DNA of 64,000 nt from NCBI GenBank assembly GCA_005882765.1, contig VBDV01000111.1:49545-113544 (forward strand), written 5' to 3'. Positions 9,858 through 19,554 of the stretch are shown piece after piece (position 1 is the first letter of the stretch; each line of letters starts with the position of its first letter). The notes below the pieces were generated by a model. That model was given only the letters and a program-made list of their open reading frames with translations. It searched no databases and was not told the origin of the DNA. The position numbers and the translations under genes were made by a program. The stretch comes from Chloroflexota bacterium. Its GTDB lineage: Bacteria; Chloroflexota; Limnocylindria; P2-11E.

Positions 9858-10040
9858 TGGCTTTCTCCGTATGGGCTTCGCACGCCGCCTGACTCGTCCG
9901 CGGATCGCGGAATTCCACCGCGGTCTCGCGCTTTTGCTCTCCCTCGTCCGCTACCCCGAAATTCGAGGCTCGGCCGTGAGCGCGTCCATCACGAACGCTT
10001 CAGTCGTCGCGCGCGCCGTTTCGTTCAACTGTAGCGTCTA

Positions 10041-11486
10041 ATGCGCGCCGTGACCATCACCCCTTCGGCATTGACCCATCTCGTTGAGGTCGCGTCTTCG
10101 CGAGGCGCAACGTACGCCGACGCGCGCACGGTCGAGCGCGAGCACGAGGCCGTCAGCGTCAAGGATGGCGCGGTCGAGTCCGTCACGCGCACCGCCGATC
10201 GCGGCCTTGGCTTTCGAGTGATCCACAAAGGCGCGTGGGGATTCGCGGCGACGGACCGCGCGGACGACGCCGCCCTACGCGGTCTCGTCGACGAGGCCTT
10301 CCGCCGCGCCGAAGCGTCCGCATCCGTGCAGCGGCGCACCGTGACGCTCGCGCCGATCGATCCGCAGCGCGGCGAGTACCGCACGCAGTTCGCGCGCGAC
10401 CCGTTCGCGGTACCGCTCGCCGAGCGCATCGACCATCTCCGCGCCGTCGACGCTGCCTCGGTCGGTCCGAACATCAAGACGCGCCGTTCATCCATCGCGG
10501 CGTATCGCACGCGCAAGCATCTCGTCACGAGCGAAGGCACCGACGTATCGCAGGAGATCGTCGAAGCCGGCGCCGGGCTCTCGGTCCTGGCGGTGAAAGC
10601 CGGGCGCAAGCCCGCCCCGCGATACGACTCGCGCCTCGTCCGGCAGGCGGGCTGGGAGTACGTCGAGCACCTTGACCTCGTCGCGCGCGCGAGACGCTAC
10701 CGCGATGACGCGGAGGCGACGCTCGACGCTCCGCTCGCGACGGAAAAGCCGACGACGCTGGTCTTTGCGCCAGAGTTCCTCGCGCTCCTCGTCCACGAGT
10801 CCTGCGGACATCCGACCGAGGCGGATCGGCTCCTCGAACATGAGGTCGCGTTCGCCGGAACGACCTTCATGTGGCCTGAAGACCGTGGAAAGCTGCGCTA
10901 CGGATCGCCGCACGTCTCGATGACCGCGGACGCGACGGTCCCTGGCGGTATGGGCACGTTCGGGTGGGATGACGACGGCGTCCCGGCGATGCGAACGAAG
11001 CTGATCGACAAAGGCACGTTCGTCGGATATCTGACGTCGCGTGAGACCGCAGGTGCGCTGGGCGTGCCGGTCGCGATCGGCTCGGCCAGGGCGGAGGGCT
11101 GGCAGCACTTTCCGATCGTGCGAATGGTGAACGTGAGTCTCGATCCCGGGACAACCCCCTATGCCGATCTTCTTCGCGGCGTCGACTCGGGCCTCCTGAT
11201 GGAAGCGCCGGCCTCCTACTCCCTTGACGACAAACGCCAGAACTTCCACTTCTCCACTCAATCTGCGCGCGTCATTCGCGATGGCCAGCTCGACGGCTAC
11301 CTGCGCGGAGTCGCGTTCCAGTCGCTCACCCCGGATTTCTGGGGCCGCTGCGATCTCGTCGCGGACGACTGGGAGCTTCACGGATTCCTCTCGTGCGCGA
11401 AGGGCGAGCCTCTGCAGCTGATGCGTGTCGGTCACGGCGCGGCCCACGCGCGCTTCCGCGACGTTCCCATCGAGGTCCGCGAGTGA
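10041..11486 (+). CDS. tldD: TldD family metalloprotease
   Basis: 481 aa with HESCGHPTE and the C-terminal conserved TldD/PmbA fold. Confidence 0.85.
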   Translation: MRAVTITPSALTHLVEVASSRGATYADARTVEREHEAVSVKDGAVESVTRTADRGLGFRVIHKGAWGFAATDRADDAALRGLVDEAFRRAEASASVQRRTVTLAPIDPQRGEYRTQFARDPFAVPLAERIDHLRAVDAASVGPNIKTRRSSIAAYRTRKHLVTSEGTDVSQEIVEAGAGLSVLAVKAGRKPAPRYDSRLVRQAGWEYVEHLDLVARARRYRDDAEATLDAPLATEKPTTLVFAPEFLALLVHESCGHPTEADRLLEHEVAFAGTTFMWPEDRGKLRYGSPHVSMTADATVPGGMGTFGWDDDGVPAMRTKLIDKGTFVGYLTSRETAGALGVPVAIGSARAEGWQHFPIVRMVNVSLDPGTTPYADLLRGVDSGLLMEAPASYSLDDKRQNFHFSTQSARVIRDGQLDGYLRGVAFQSLTPDFWGRCDLVADDWELHGFLSCAKGEPLQLMRVGHGAAHARFRDVPIEVRE

Positions 11487-12850
11487 CGCTCCTTGGCGCG
11501 GATCGACTGCTGGCGCCACTCCGCCAAGCGCTGCGCGACGTGCCTGCGGACGAAGCCGACATCCATGTGCACCGGCGCCGCGCCGCGATCACGCGGTACT
11601 CGCACAGCTCGATCCACCAGAACGCGCTCTCCGACGAGACCCACGCCACGGTCCGGGCGATCGTCGGCAGAGCGGTTGGCATCGTCACGACGAACTCGCT
11701 TGAGGCATCGGATCTGCGCCGCGCGCTCGGCGACGCGGCGTCTCTTGCGAACGCGAGCCGCCCGGACGACGAGTGGCCGGGCGTGGCCGATCCCGAGCCC
11801 ATCCCGGCGTTCTCGGCCTACCACGAGGAGACCGCCGCCACGACCGCCGAGGCGCAGGCGAAGTGGATCGGAGCCGTGTGCGCCGCCGTCCCGATGGGGA
11901 TGCGCGCTGCCGGCACGGCGCAGGTCGAGGTGACCGAGGACGCGGTCGCGACTACCCGCGGCGTCTCGGCCTACGCGCCGACGACGATGGCGTACCTCCG
12001 CGCGCTCGTTCTGAGCGAGACGTACGTCGGCTCGGGGTATGCCGAAGATCTGTCGATGCGCGTCGACGGGCTCCACCCCGACGCGATCGCGGCACGGGCC
12101 GCCGAGAAATGCGCGCTCGATCGCGATCGAGTGCAGCTCGCGCCCGGCGATTACGAGGCGGTGTTCGAAGAGCTCGCGGTCGCCGAGGTTCTCCGCATCC
12201 TGTCGCTGACCGGTCTGGGTGGCCAGGCGGTGCGGGAAGGCCGCTCGTTCATGACCGGCCGTATCGGTGAACGTGTCACCGGCGAGAGTTTCACCCTCCT
12301 CGATCACGCCATGGACGCGCGGACCATCGCCGTGCCCTTCGACGTCGAGGGGACGCCCAAGCAGAAGGTCACACTCGTCGAGCGAGGCGTCGCGCGTGGG
12401 CCGGTCTACGACCGCACGTCGGCGAAGGCGATGGGGACTCGGTCCACCGGTCACGCGGCCGACCCGTCGCGCTATGCCGCGGGTGGCCACGCCGGGCACC
12501 TGGCGATGGCCGGCGGCCCGGCGACGCGCGAGCAGCTGATCGCGTCGGTCCAGCGCGGCGTCCTGATCACACGCTTCCACTACACGAACACGCCCGACCC
12601 GCGCGCCGCCACGATGACGGGCACGACCCGCGACGGCACGTTTCTGATCGAGGACGGCAAGATCACGCGAGCGCTCGCGAACGTCCGCTACACGATGAGC
12701 GCGCTGGATCTGTTCGCGGGGATCGACCTGCTCGGGCCGCAGCGCCTCGCGCGGGATTGGTGGAGCTCAAACGGCATGGGTTCGATCCTGTGTCTCGTGC
12801 CGCCGATCAAAGTGCGTCGCGCGACCATCACGGGCTCCAGCCCGCTCTAG
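11483..12850 (+). CDS. pmbA: PmbA/TldE family protein (TldD partner)
   Basis: GTG start overlaps the tldD stop (GTGA). TldD/PmbA family sequence without the HExxxH motif. The track ORF from 11393 is an N-extension in the same frame. Confidence 0.8.
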   Translation: MTLLGADRLLAPLRQALRDVPADEADIHVHRRRAAITRYSHSSIHQNALSDETHATVRAIVGRAVGIVTTNSLEASDLRRALGDAASLANASRPDDEWPGVADPEPIPAFSAYHEETAATTAEAQAKWIGAVCAAVPMGMRAAGTAQVEVTEDAVATTRGVSAYAPTTMAYLRALVLSETYVGSGYAEDLSMRVDGLHPDAIAARAAEKCALDRDRVQLAPGDYEAVFEELAVAEVLRILSLTGLGGQAVREGRSFMTGRIGERVTGESFTLLDHAMDARTIAVPFDVEGTPKQKVTLVERGVARGPVYDRTSAKAMGTRSTGHAADPSRYAAGGHAGHLAMAGGPATREQLIASVQRGVLITRFHYTNTPDPRAATMTGTTRDGTFLIEDGKITRALANVRYTMSALDLFAGIDLLGPQRLARDWWSSNGMGSILCLVPPIKVRRATITGSSPL

Positions 12851-12863
12851 GGGACGTATCGGC

Positions 12864-13424
12864 TTAGCTTGCCGTCCCAGCCGCGAGCGCCTGGAGATAG
12901 CGGACGATCTCCCACCGCTCCGTTTCGGTCAGCTTCGGCTTGCCGGTGTCGGGATCGACGGCGCCCCACGCCGGCATGGCTGTGAACGGAATGCCGTTGT
13001 CGATCCAGTATTCGAGCTCGCCCGGCGCGTGCTGCGGTACGTGAACTTGAAGGTTGAACGGTCTCGGGTTGAGTGTCAGCGCGGCCGGGCCATCGCCGAG
13101 GCCCTTTGGCCCGTGACACACCGCGCAGTTCGCCTGATAGAGAGCCCGGCCCGCCGCGACGGTGGCGGGATTGTCCGGCGTAGGGTTCTGCGCGAAGCGC
13201 GCGGTGAGCGGCACCGGTGGCGTCGGGATGTTCGGCGCGATGGTGTACGCGATGCCGAGAGAGACAACGATCAGCGCGCCGAGAAATCCAGTGCTCTGCG
13301 CGAACCGCTGCCACTCGCCGCCGCGGCGCCACCGGACCAGCGCGAAGAGGCCGAAGACCGCGGCGCCAACGGCGAGAGCGATCGCGATCTGCTCGAGACC
13401 TTGGCGCGAGATGGGAAAGGTCAT
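12864..13424 (-). CDS. membrane-anchored class I c-type cytochrome
   Basis: N-terminal TM helix, a single CAVCHG haem-binding site, and a Met-containing distal region. Confidence 0.75.
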   Translation of the reverse strand: MTFPISRQGLEQIAIALAVGAAVFGLFALVRWRRGGEWQRFAQSTGFLGALIVVSLGIAYTIAPNIPTPPVPLTARFAQNPTPDNPATVAAGRALYQANCAVCHGPKGLGDGPAALTLNPRPFNLQVHVPQHAPGELEYWIDNGIPFTAMPAWGAVDPDTGKPKLTETERWEIVRYLQALAAGTAS

Positions 13425-13609
13425 TTCTTCGTGCCGGCCTCAGGGGTACGGGCCCCTGATGGGGTGGGGGCGGACTTGGCTTTCTTTTTTTTCTTCCGGG
13501 TCGACCACCACCAGAGCCCGATGAAGAGGACGAGCGGCACCCCGAGCTCGAGGATCTCGTCGAGCCAGGTGCCGGTCGCGCCATGCGCGGATACCGACGC
13601 GAAGATCAT
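13421..13609 (-). CDS. small hydrophobic protein (possible; translationally coupled to the cytochrome c gene)
   Basis: 62 aa with one TM (LVLFIGLWWW). Its stop overlaps the cytochrome start as ATGA. It contains a T9 homopolymer (poly-Lys), so it is uncertain. Confidence 0.3.
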   Translation of the reverse strand: MIFASVSAHGATGTWLDEILELGVPLVLFIGLWWWSTRKKKKKAKSAPTPSGARTPEAGTKK

Positions 13610-15579
13610 CGGGATACGACGAGGCTATACGTACCGGTGCCTTCGTTGCCGACCGCGAGCGTGACCTTCCAGGTGCCCGGATCGAGCCCGGCGATGTCGA
13701 ACTTGTACCGGCCCGGACCGAACGTCGCGGGGTCTTCGACCGCGTCGAGCGGCGACTGCGCCGACGGCCCAGAGAATGTCGCGTGCAGCTTCTTCCCGAT
13801 GACCGGGTTGCCGTCCGCGCCGCCCACCACGACAGCGAACAGGGTCAGCGGCGCACCGGCCTGCGCTGCGGCAGGGTCGGTGAAGACGATGACCGTATAG
13901 GGGCCGATCGTGAGAGGCGGTGCGGCGGTCGAGCCGCCTCCGCCGGGCGCGCTGACTGGAACGGTGAAGACCGTGCTCACGTCCTCTTTCGCTGCGAGCC
14001 GAACGATCGTCTGGACATGCCAGGTCCCGTACATGGCGGTGGGGCTGCCTTCGGCGACGTACTCGCCCGCCGCGCGCTCGGTCGCGACGAGCTCCTGCTG
14101 ACCCATGTCGTGCTCGACCATGGTGAACCGGAAAGCGACCTTCTCCGCGCCGGTGACCGGCGCCAGTCCCTGATGGACGCGCAGCACGTACGTGTTTCGG
14201 CCGGCGCCGCCACTCGCGACGAGCATCTCGAGCCGCAGACCGGACACGTGCTGCGTCGAGTCGTACGCCGACGCCGACGGTTGCGCCGGCGGCGCGAGCG
14301 CGGTGAGCACAGAGGCGGCGACGATGATCACGATGAAGATCCCGGTCTCGGCCATCGTGTCGCGGATCAGGGCGGTGCGCGCGCGAATCCCGGCCCGCAG
14401 TCGTGGACCCCAGCGCAGCAGGTTGAGCGCCCCGATCGCGAGCGCCACCAGGACGAGGACGATCTTCACCGCCAGCGCGACGCCGTAGGGGGTCTCGTAC
14501 AGATCGTTGATGAGCACGAGCCGGTTGAAGGCCTGCAGCACCCCGGCCGTGATGAGCAGCGCCGTCGCGATCATCGCGGTCACCGAGAAACGCCAGACCG
14601 TGGCGCCGAGGGCTCTTGCGTCTTCGGCCGTGTCGTCATGGCCGGCAAGGAGCACGCACCAGAGCAGCGCGACGACACCTCCAGTCCACACCGAGGCCGA
14701 GAGCACGTGGACGAAGTCGAGCGCCATAATCTCCAGGCTCCCGAGCGCGGTCGCGTGCGAGACGAGCGTCGCGGTCATCGCGGCGGCGATCCCCGCCGCG
14801 AGCGCGATCATCCGTCGCGGCCTGACGGTCGCGAGCGGACCGATCGTCATGACGCCGCCGCCCGCGATCGCGGCGACCGGTCGCATCATCGCGAGACGCG
14901 GCGTGATCGAGACCGCCGCGAGGACCAGGCCCGCGAACGCGCGCACGCCGAGCATGACGCCCAGCCGCGGAGGGAGCTTCGCCCCTTGATCGACGATGAG
15001 CGCGAGCGATCCCCCGACGACGAGCACACCAGCGATGCTCAGAAGCCACGACTCTCGACGCGGGTCGATCCCAACAGGCGCAACGAAGAGGACGAAGAAC
15101 GCAGTACCCAGTCCGAGCGCGATACCGGCGTACGACAGCGCGCGGCCGGCGATCTCGAGAAGGGACGGAGGCGGCGCCGCTTCCGCGACCTGGGGCACCG
15201 GCGGGAGCGGACCGTTGCCGATGACGAAGGCGAAGTTGCCTTTCGTCGTGTGGCCGTCTACCGCGCTCGTCGCAGTCCACGCCACCAGATACCCTCCGTC
15301 AGGGATCGGATCCACGGAGACACGGAGACCGTTCGGATCGCCCGACAGGGCGACGTCGTGCTTGTCGTGCCGTACGCCATTCGTGTCCAGCACCTCGATG
15401 TCGCTGCCTCTTGGATCAGGCGGCTCGCTGAACTGGATCCGGATCTCCGCCGGAGACTTCACCAAACGGGCGTCGGCTGCGGGATTCGAGCGCACGTAGT
15501 TCGCGTGCGCCTCCGCGGCGCCGCTCACCAGAACGGCACCGCCGAGGACGCACGCGACGATGACCGCGAGGCGTCGCAT
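13606..15579 (-). CDS. copper resistance/uptake protein CopC-CopD fusion with a C-terminal YtkA-like domain (YcnJ-like)
   Basis: Signal peptide then a CopC fold (HANYVRSNP...DGHTTKG), about 8 TM CopD segments, and a C-terminal β-rich ~200 aa domain. Confidence 0.85.
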   Translation of the reverse strand: MRRLAVIVACVLGGAVLVSGAAEAHANYVRSNPAADARLVKSPAEIRIQFSEPPDPRGSDIEVLDTNGVRHDKHDVALSGDPNGLRVSVDPIPDGGYLVAWTATSAVDGHTTKGNFAFVIGNGPLPPVPQVAEAAPPPSLLEIAGRALSYAGIALGLGTAFFVLFVAPVGIDPRRESWLLSIAGVLVVGGSLALIVDQGAKLPPRLGVMLGVRAFAGLVLAAVSITPRLAMMRPVAAIAGGGVMTIGPLATVRPRRMIALAAGIAAAMTATLVSHATALGSLEIMALDFVHVLSASVWTGGVVALLWCVLLAGHDDTAEDARALGATVWRFSVTAMIATALLITAGVLQAFNRLVLINDLYETPYGVALAVKIVLVLVALAIGALNLLRWGPRLRAGIRARTALIRDTMAETGIFIVIIVAASVLTALAPPAQPSASAYDSTQHVSGLRLEMLVASGGAGRNTYVLRVHQGLAPVTGAEKVAFRFTMVEHDMGQQELVATERAAGEYVAEGSPTAMYGTWHVQTIVRLAAKEDVSTVFTVPVSAPGGGGSTAAPPLTIGPYTVIVFTDPAAAQAGAPLTLFAVVVGGADGNPVIGKKLHATFSGPSAQSPLDAVEDPATFGPGRYKFDIAGLDPGTWKVTLAVGNEGTGTYSLVVSR

Positions 15580-16160
15580 CAGCGCCGCCGCATGGCCAGG
15601 CCGCCGACGGAGACGAGCAAGGCGAGCGCACCGATGACGATCGCCGCGATCACGAGCGTCTGCATCGAGTCGAGGCGTGCGGAAAGCTCCGCGTTCGCCG
15701 CGACCCGATCGGGAAACTGCAGCTGGTCGGTCGAGACCACCCCGTCGAACGTGTTCGGTCCGGACTCGAAGCGCTCATCGACCTTTGTTGAGCCGGCGTC
15801 GCCGAAGAGATGAAAGATGTAGTCACCGACCTTCGTGGGTATGAAGGCTCCGGCATAGTGGCCGGGGTTATCCTCGTCGGTCACGAGGTCGAGCGTCAGC
15901 TTCTTCGCGCCACCGCCCACGATGACTTCAGCGTGAAGGGTCGACGCAAGGCGCTCGACGGGCTTGGAGCTGTCCGTCTCGGTCACGTCGAGGCTCACGC
16001 CGTTCGCCGCGTTCACGTACGCAGGCTCGTTGATCCAGCCGACCACGAACGTATAGGGGCCCACACTGCGATGTTCGTGGCCGAGCGCGACGTTCGAGGT
16101 GAAAGCGAAGCTCGACGCGACGATGGCGAATGTCGCCAGCGCCGCGAGCACACGCGACAT
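15579..16160 (-). CDS. YcnI-like (DUF1775) copper-binding protein with a C-terminal TM anchor
   Basis: Signal peptide, HEH... N-terminal His motif, C-terminal TM. It sits immediately upstream of the CopCD gene, as ycnI does. Confidence 0.7.
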   Translation of the reverse strand: MSRVLAALATFAIVASSFAFTSNVALGHEHRSVGPYTFVVGWINEPAYVNAANGVSLDVTETDSSKPVERLASTLHAEVIVGGGAKKLTLDLVTDEDNPGHYAGAFIPTKVGDYIFHLFGDAGSTKVDERFESGPNTFDGVVSTDQLQFPDRVAANAELSARLDSMQTLVIAAIVIGALALLVSVGGLAMRRR

Positions 16161-16205
16161 AGGACCCTCCTAAGTCTTCCTTTTTGGGTCGCGGCGGAGG
16201 AGGGT

Positions 16206-16574
16206 CTAGCTGCGGGGTGGACCGAGTAGGAGGGGCGCGCTCCAGAGCGCGCGAGAGATCAGCGGGATCGGAACCTCGGCCGTCGGCCGCCGGGTCGGCC
16301 GCGGGAGCCGCGGCCAGGCGAAGATGAGAAGACCCATCGCGACCGCGGCGAGGCTTGCCGCGAGCGGCGTGGTCATCTGAAGCTTCGCGCCGCGGGCGTA
16401 GAGCTGCTGAAGGTGCATCAGGAAGATGGGGAAGCGGTAGGCCGCGAGGACGTGATCGTGGAACGCCGGCGTCCCCGGCGGGTCGATATGCGGCGCCACA
16501 ACCAGGCCGGCACCCGCGAGGGTCGAGCCGGTCGCCGCGAGCGAAAAGACCGCTATCGCGAGAAGGCGGCGCAC
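16206..16574 (-). CDS. hypothetical membrane protein (first gene of the putative copper operon)
   Basis: 122 aa with 2-3 hydrophobic segments. No domain. Confidence 0.35.
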   Translation of the reverse strand: MRRLLAIAVFSLAATGSTLAGAGLVVAPHIDPPGTPAFHDHVLAAYRFPIFLMHLQQLYARGAKLQMTTPLAASLAAVAMGLLIFAWPRLPRPTRRPTAEVPIPLISRALWSAPLLLGPPRS

Positions 16575-16620
16575 CCAATGAAAGGATACGGCTCGCGATT
16601 GCGTCCAGACGGTGTCAGGA

Positions 16621-17055
16621 CTAAGGCGCGCACTCGCGGCAGATCCCGACGATCGCAGAGTGGGCCAGGTCGGCGCGGAAGCCCTGCTCGCTCCGCAAGC
16701 GCCGTCCGAGCGGCTCGAGCGTGCGGAGCGGGATCTCCTGCTCCGAGCCGCAGCGACGGCACACCAGATGGCCGTGCCGCTCGACGTCGGCGCGATGCCA
16801 GCGCGTCACGCGGTCGTCAAGATGCGTGTGCGTCACGTAGCCGAGCTCCTCGAGCGCCTCGAGGTTGCGATAGACGGTCGACGGATCGATCTGCGGATGG
16901 CGCGCACGTATCTGGCGCGCGATCTCCTCCGCAGTCGTGTGGTGCCGCGCCCGTTGAAGCGCGTCGAGCACCAGACGACGCTGCACCGTCATGCGCCGTC
17001 CCTTTGAGCGGATCTCGTCCGCCACACTCACATCGCGAGAGTGCCGCAATCGCAA
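16621..17055 (-). CDS. Fur family transcriptional regulator
   Basis: TVQRRLVLDAL, a winged helix, HxHH and two CxxC pairs (CRRCGS, CRECAP). Confidence 0.8.
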   Translation of the reverse strand: MRLRHSRDVSVADEIRSKGRRMTVQRRLVLDALQRARHHTTAEEIARQIRARHPQIDPSTVYRNLEALEELGYVTHTHLDDRVTRWHRADVERHGHLVCRRCGSEQEIPLRTLEPLGRRLRSEQGFRADLAHSAIVGICRECAP

Positions 17056-17069
17056 GCCTCTTGCAAGAG
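17056..17069. promoter_or_regulatory. perfect 14-bp palindrome CCTCTTGCAAGAGG between divergent genes (candidate operator)
   Basis: Seen directly in the intergenic region between the Fur-family gene and the NicO-like gene. Confidence 0.4.
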
Positions 17070-17104
17070 GTCACTATTGCCACCACTTGCGATAACCTTC
17101 GGGG

Positions 17105-18025
17105 ATGGATCTCAGTCTCGTCGTCCTGCTTTTAGGAATGACCGCGCTCGGCTTCCGGCACGGATTCGACTGGGATCACATCGCGGCGATCACCGACATC
17201 ACGAGCACGACGAGCGCGAGCCACACCGAAGCGAATGTCCCGGCGGGCGCGCCGATGCCTTCTCACGGTCACGAGCGCGACGAGATGAGAGGTCACGAGC
17301 ACAAGCACGCGGCCGACGGACCCGGCGCCATGCACGTGCTTGCGGAATCCCGCTTCGCCCATGAGGAACGCCATGCCGTCGGACTCGCGACGCTCTACGC
17401 GCTCGGCCACGCCTTCGTCGTCCTGGTCCTTGGGATTGCCGCGCTCCTCCTCGGCGCGGTGCTGCCGGACTGGGTCGATCCGATCCTCGAAAAGGTCGTC
17501 GGCATAACCCTCGTCCTGCTCGGTATCTGGGTGCTCTTCTCCGTCTACCAGTACCTGCGCGGCAAGGGTGAGTTTCGGCTTCGGAGCCGATGGATGCTCG
17601 TCTTCGACTTCGTCCGCTACGGTTGGGGCGCCCTGCAGGCGCGCATCCACGGCCACGAGCACACGCCGTCGGTCCACGCGTCCCAGTACGGTCCGAAGAC
17701 CGCGTTCGGGGTGGGAATGATCCACGGCGTCGGCGCGGAGACCGGCTCGCAGGCGCTGCTCCTTGCCGGCATCGCCGGCGTCACCGGCGTCACCGGGATC
17801 GTGATCCTGCTCGCGTTCATCGTCGGACTGCTCGCCTCGAACACCCTCGTCGCGGTCGTCAGCGCCTCGGGTTTCATCGGGGCGCAGCGCCTGCGGACCG
17901 TCTACGTCATCGTCGGCTTCGTCGCGGGGCTTGGGAGCCTCCTCATCGGCATCCTCTTCATCGGCGGTCTCGGCACAGCCCTTCCGGACCTTCAGCAGGT
18001 GCTCTTCGGCCCTCGCACCGAATAG
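17105..18025 (+). CDS. NicO/RcnA-like Ni/Co transporter with a His-rich loop
   Basis: FRHGFDWDHIAAI motif and a His-rich cytoplasmic loop (HGHERDEMRGHEHKH), ~6 TM. Confidence 0.65.
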   Translation: MDLSLVVLLLGMTALGFRHGFDWDHIAAITDITSTTSASHTEANVPAGAPMPSHGHERDEMRGHEHKHAADGPGAMHVLAESRFAHEERHAVGLATLYALGHAFVVLVLGIAALLLGAVLPDWVDPILEKVVGITLVLLGIWVLFSVYQYLRGKGEFRLRSRWMLVFDFVRYGWGALQARIHGHEHTPSVHASQYGPKTAFGVGMIHGVGAETGSQALLLAGIAGVTGVTGIVILLAFIVGLLASNTLVAVVSASGFIGAQRLRTVYVIVGFVAGLGSLLIGILFIGGLGTALPDLQQVLFGPRTE

Positions 18026-18034
18026 CCTCAACAC

Positions 18035-18475
18035 GTGCGGCTTCTCGCGGCGCTCTTTGTCCTGCTCGCCGTCGCGTCATGCCAAGTCGCGCCGGTCCGC
18101 ACCGCCGCTCCGGTCGGCGAGCTCGTGCTCCCGACGACCGTTCCCAACGGGAAGGTCGAGGTCATCGTGAAGAGCACGTACGCCGTCGGCGAGGCGATCC
18201 GCGCGACCATTCGGCTCATCCCCACGAAGGGATCGCTGCGCGGTCCCATCGACCCCTACATCCAGGCGAGCGGTTTCCACGGCACGGCGACCGTGAAACA
18301 CCTTTCGGTCGACCCGATCAGCGTGTCGGCGGGAGCGGGGGAGGCAGTGGTCCTGTGGGATCTGCGCGACGACGGTGGGAAGGCCGTCGGGAGCGACGAC
18401 TACAGCCTGGTCTTCAGCGTGGTCGACGATTCCGGGCGGTCGACGAGCGTCGGCGCGACGCTGCAGGTCCGTTGA
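18035..18475 (+). CDS. putative lipoprotein
   Basis: GTG start and an LAVASC lipobox-like signal. No domain. Confidence 0.45.
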   Translation: MRLLAALFVLLAVASCQVAPVRTAAPVGELVLPTTVPNGKVEVIVKSTYAVGEAIRATIRLIPTKGSLRGPIDPYIQASGFHGTATVKHLSVDPISVSAGAGEAVVLWDLRDDGGKAVGSDDYSLVFSVVDDSGRSTSVGATLQVR

Positions 18476-18477
18476 GC

Positions 18478-19554
18478 GTGCGCCGTCTCGTCCTCGTCGT
18501 GGCCGTGGCCGCGGCGATCGTGGCGTGCGGCGATCCGAACACCGGCGTGGGCATCGAGGTCATCGACGCGCACGTCGTGAGGGTGATCGAGACGGGCGAT
18601 CACGAGGGCGCGAAGTTCCAGCGTCTCGCGGTGCAGCTCGACGGCTCGCTCTACCGCGGCGAGGTCGTGGAGCTCGAGTGGGATGGCCGCCGCGCGCTCA
18701 ACGAGAACGGTTTTCTCGCGCCGGGTGACCGCGTCCTTTTGACCCTCAGTCGGACCGGAAACACGCGCACCTACACCATCTCCGAGATCGTGCGGCTCCC
18801 GTCGCTCTGGCCGTTCGTCGTCATCCTCGCCGTCGCGCTCGTCGTGGTCGGTCGCTGGAAGGGCCTCGCGTCGCTCGCCGGGCTCGGCGCCAGCATCGCC
18901 GTGTTCCTTCTCGCGGTCCTCCCCGCCGTCCGAAACGGAGACGATCCACTACTCGCCACGCTCATCGGCTCGATCGGCGTGCTCGTCGTCGCGGTCTTCG
19001 TCGTACACGGTTTCAATCGGAAGAGCATCGCCGCGCTGGTCGGGACGCTGGGCACCCTCGTGCTCGTGGTGGCGCTCGCTGCCGCCGCGATCGGGATCGC
19101 TCGGATCACGGGACTCGGCACCGAGGATGCGATCTTCGTGTTCGTCGGGACCGCGGGAAAGGTGGATATGCCGAGGCTCGTGCTCGCGGGCGTCGTCGTC
19201 GCCTCGCTCGGAGCGCTCGTCGATATGGCGGTCGGTCAGGCCTCGACCGCGTTCGAGCTTTCGGCGGCGGGTGAGCTTCGCGGCCGGAGGCTCTACGTCT
19301 CGGCGCTAAACGTGGGTCGCGACCACATCGGGTCGCTCGTGAACACGCTCGCGCTCGCCTACTTCGGCGGCGCCCTGCCACTGATCGTCCTCGTGTCCCT
19401 CGGGTTTCAGCCGCTGTCGGTCTCGATCAACAGCGAGGAGATCACGCAATCGATCCTGGCCGTGCTCATCGCGAGCATCGGCCTCGTGCTCTGCGTCCCG
19501 CTGACGACCGCGGTGGCGACCTACCTCGCCGACCGCGCGCGCGTTCCCTCCTAG
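18478..19554 (+). CDS. YibE/F family membrane protein
   Basis: N-terminal extracytoplasmic domain followed by a polytopic C-terminal half. The GTG start is 2 bp after the upstream stop. The track ORF 17590..19554 is an artefactual extension. Confidence 0.7.
   Translation: MRRLVLVVAVAAAIVACGDPNTGVGIEVIDAHVVRVIETGDHEGAKFQRLAVQLDGSLYRGEVVELEWDGRRALNENGFLAPGDRVLLTLSRTGNTRTYTISEIVRLPSLWPFVVILAVALVVVGRWKGLASLAGLGASIAVFLLAVLPAVRNGDDPLLATLIGSIGVLVVAVFVVHGFNRKSIAALVGTLGTLVLVVALAAAAIGIARITGLGTEDAIFVFVGTAGKVDMPRLVLAGVVVASLGALVDMAVGQASTAFELSAAGELRGRRLYVSALNVGRDHIGSLVNTLALAYFGGALPLIVLVSLGFQPLSVSINSEEITQSILAVLIASIGLVLCVPLTTAVATYLADRARVPS

Noticed and set aside
13481-13497. T9 homopolymer (poly-Lys) inside the small ORF 13421..13609
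   Set aside because: It could be a slip-strand switch, but the ORF itself is of doubtful reality. Noted only under that feature.
13783-15813. 676-aa + strand ORF
   Set aside because: Antisense to the CopC-CopD/YcnI genes. Arg/Asp/Gly-rich nonsense composition with no domain.
17132-18034. 300-aa minus-strand ORF and the 654-aa ORF 17590..19554
   Set aside because: Antisense to, or an N-terminal read-through of, the NicO-like, lipoprotein and YibE/F genes. The real YibE/F start is the GTG at 18478.
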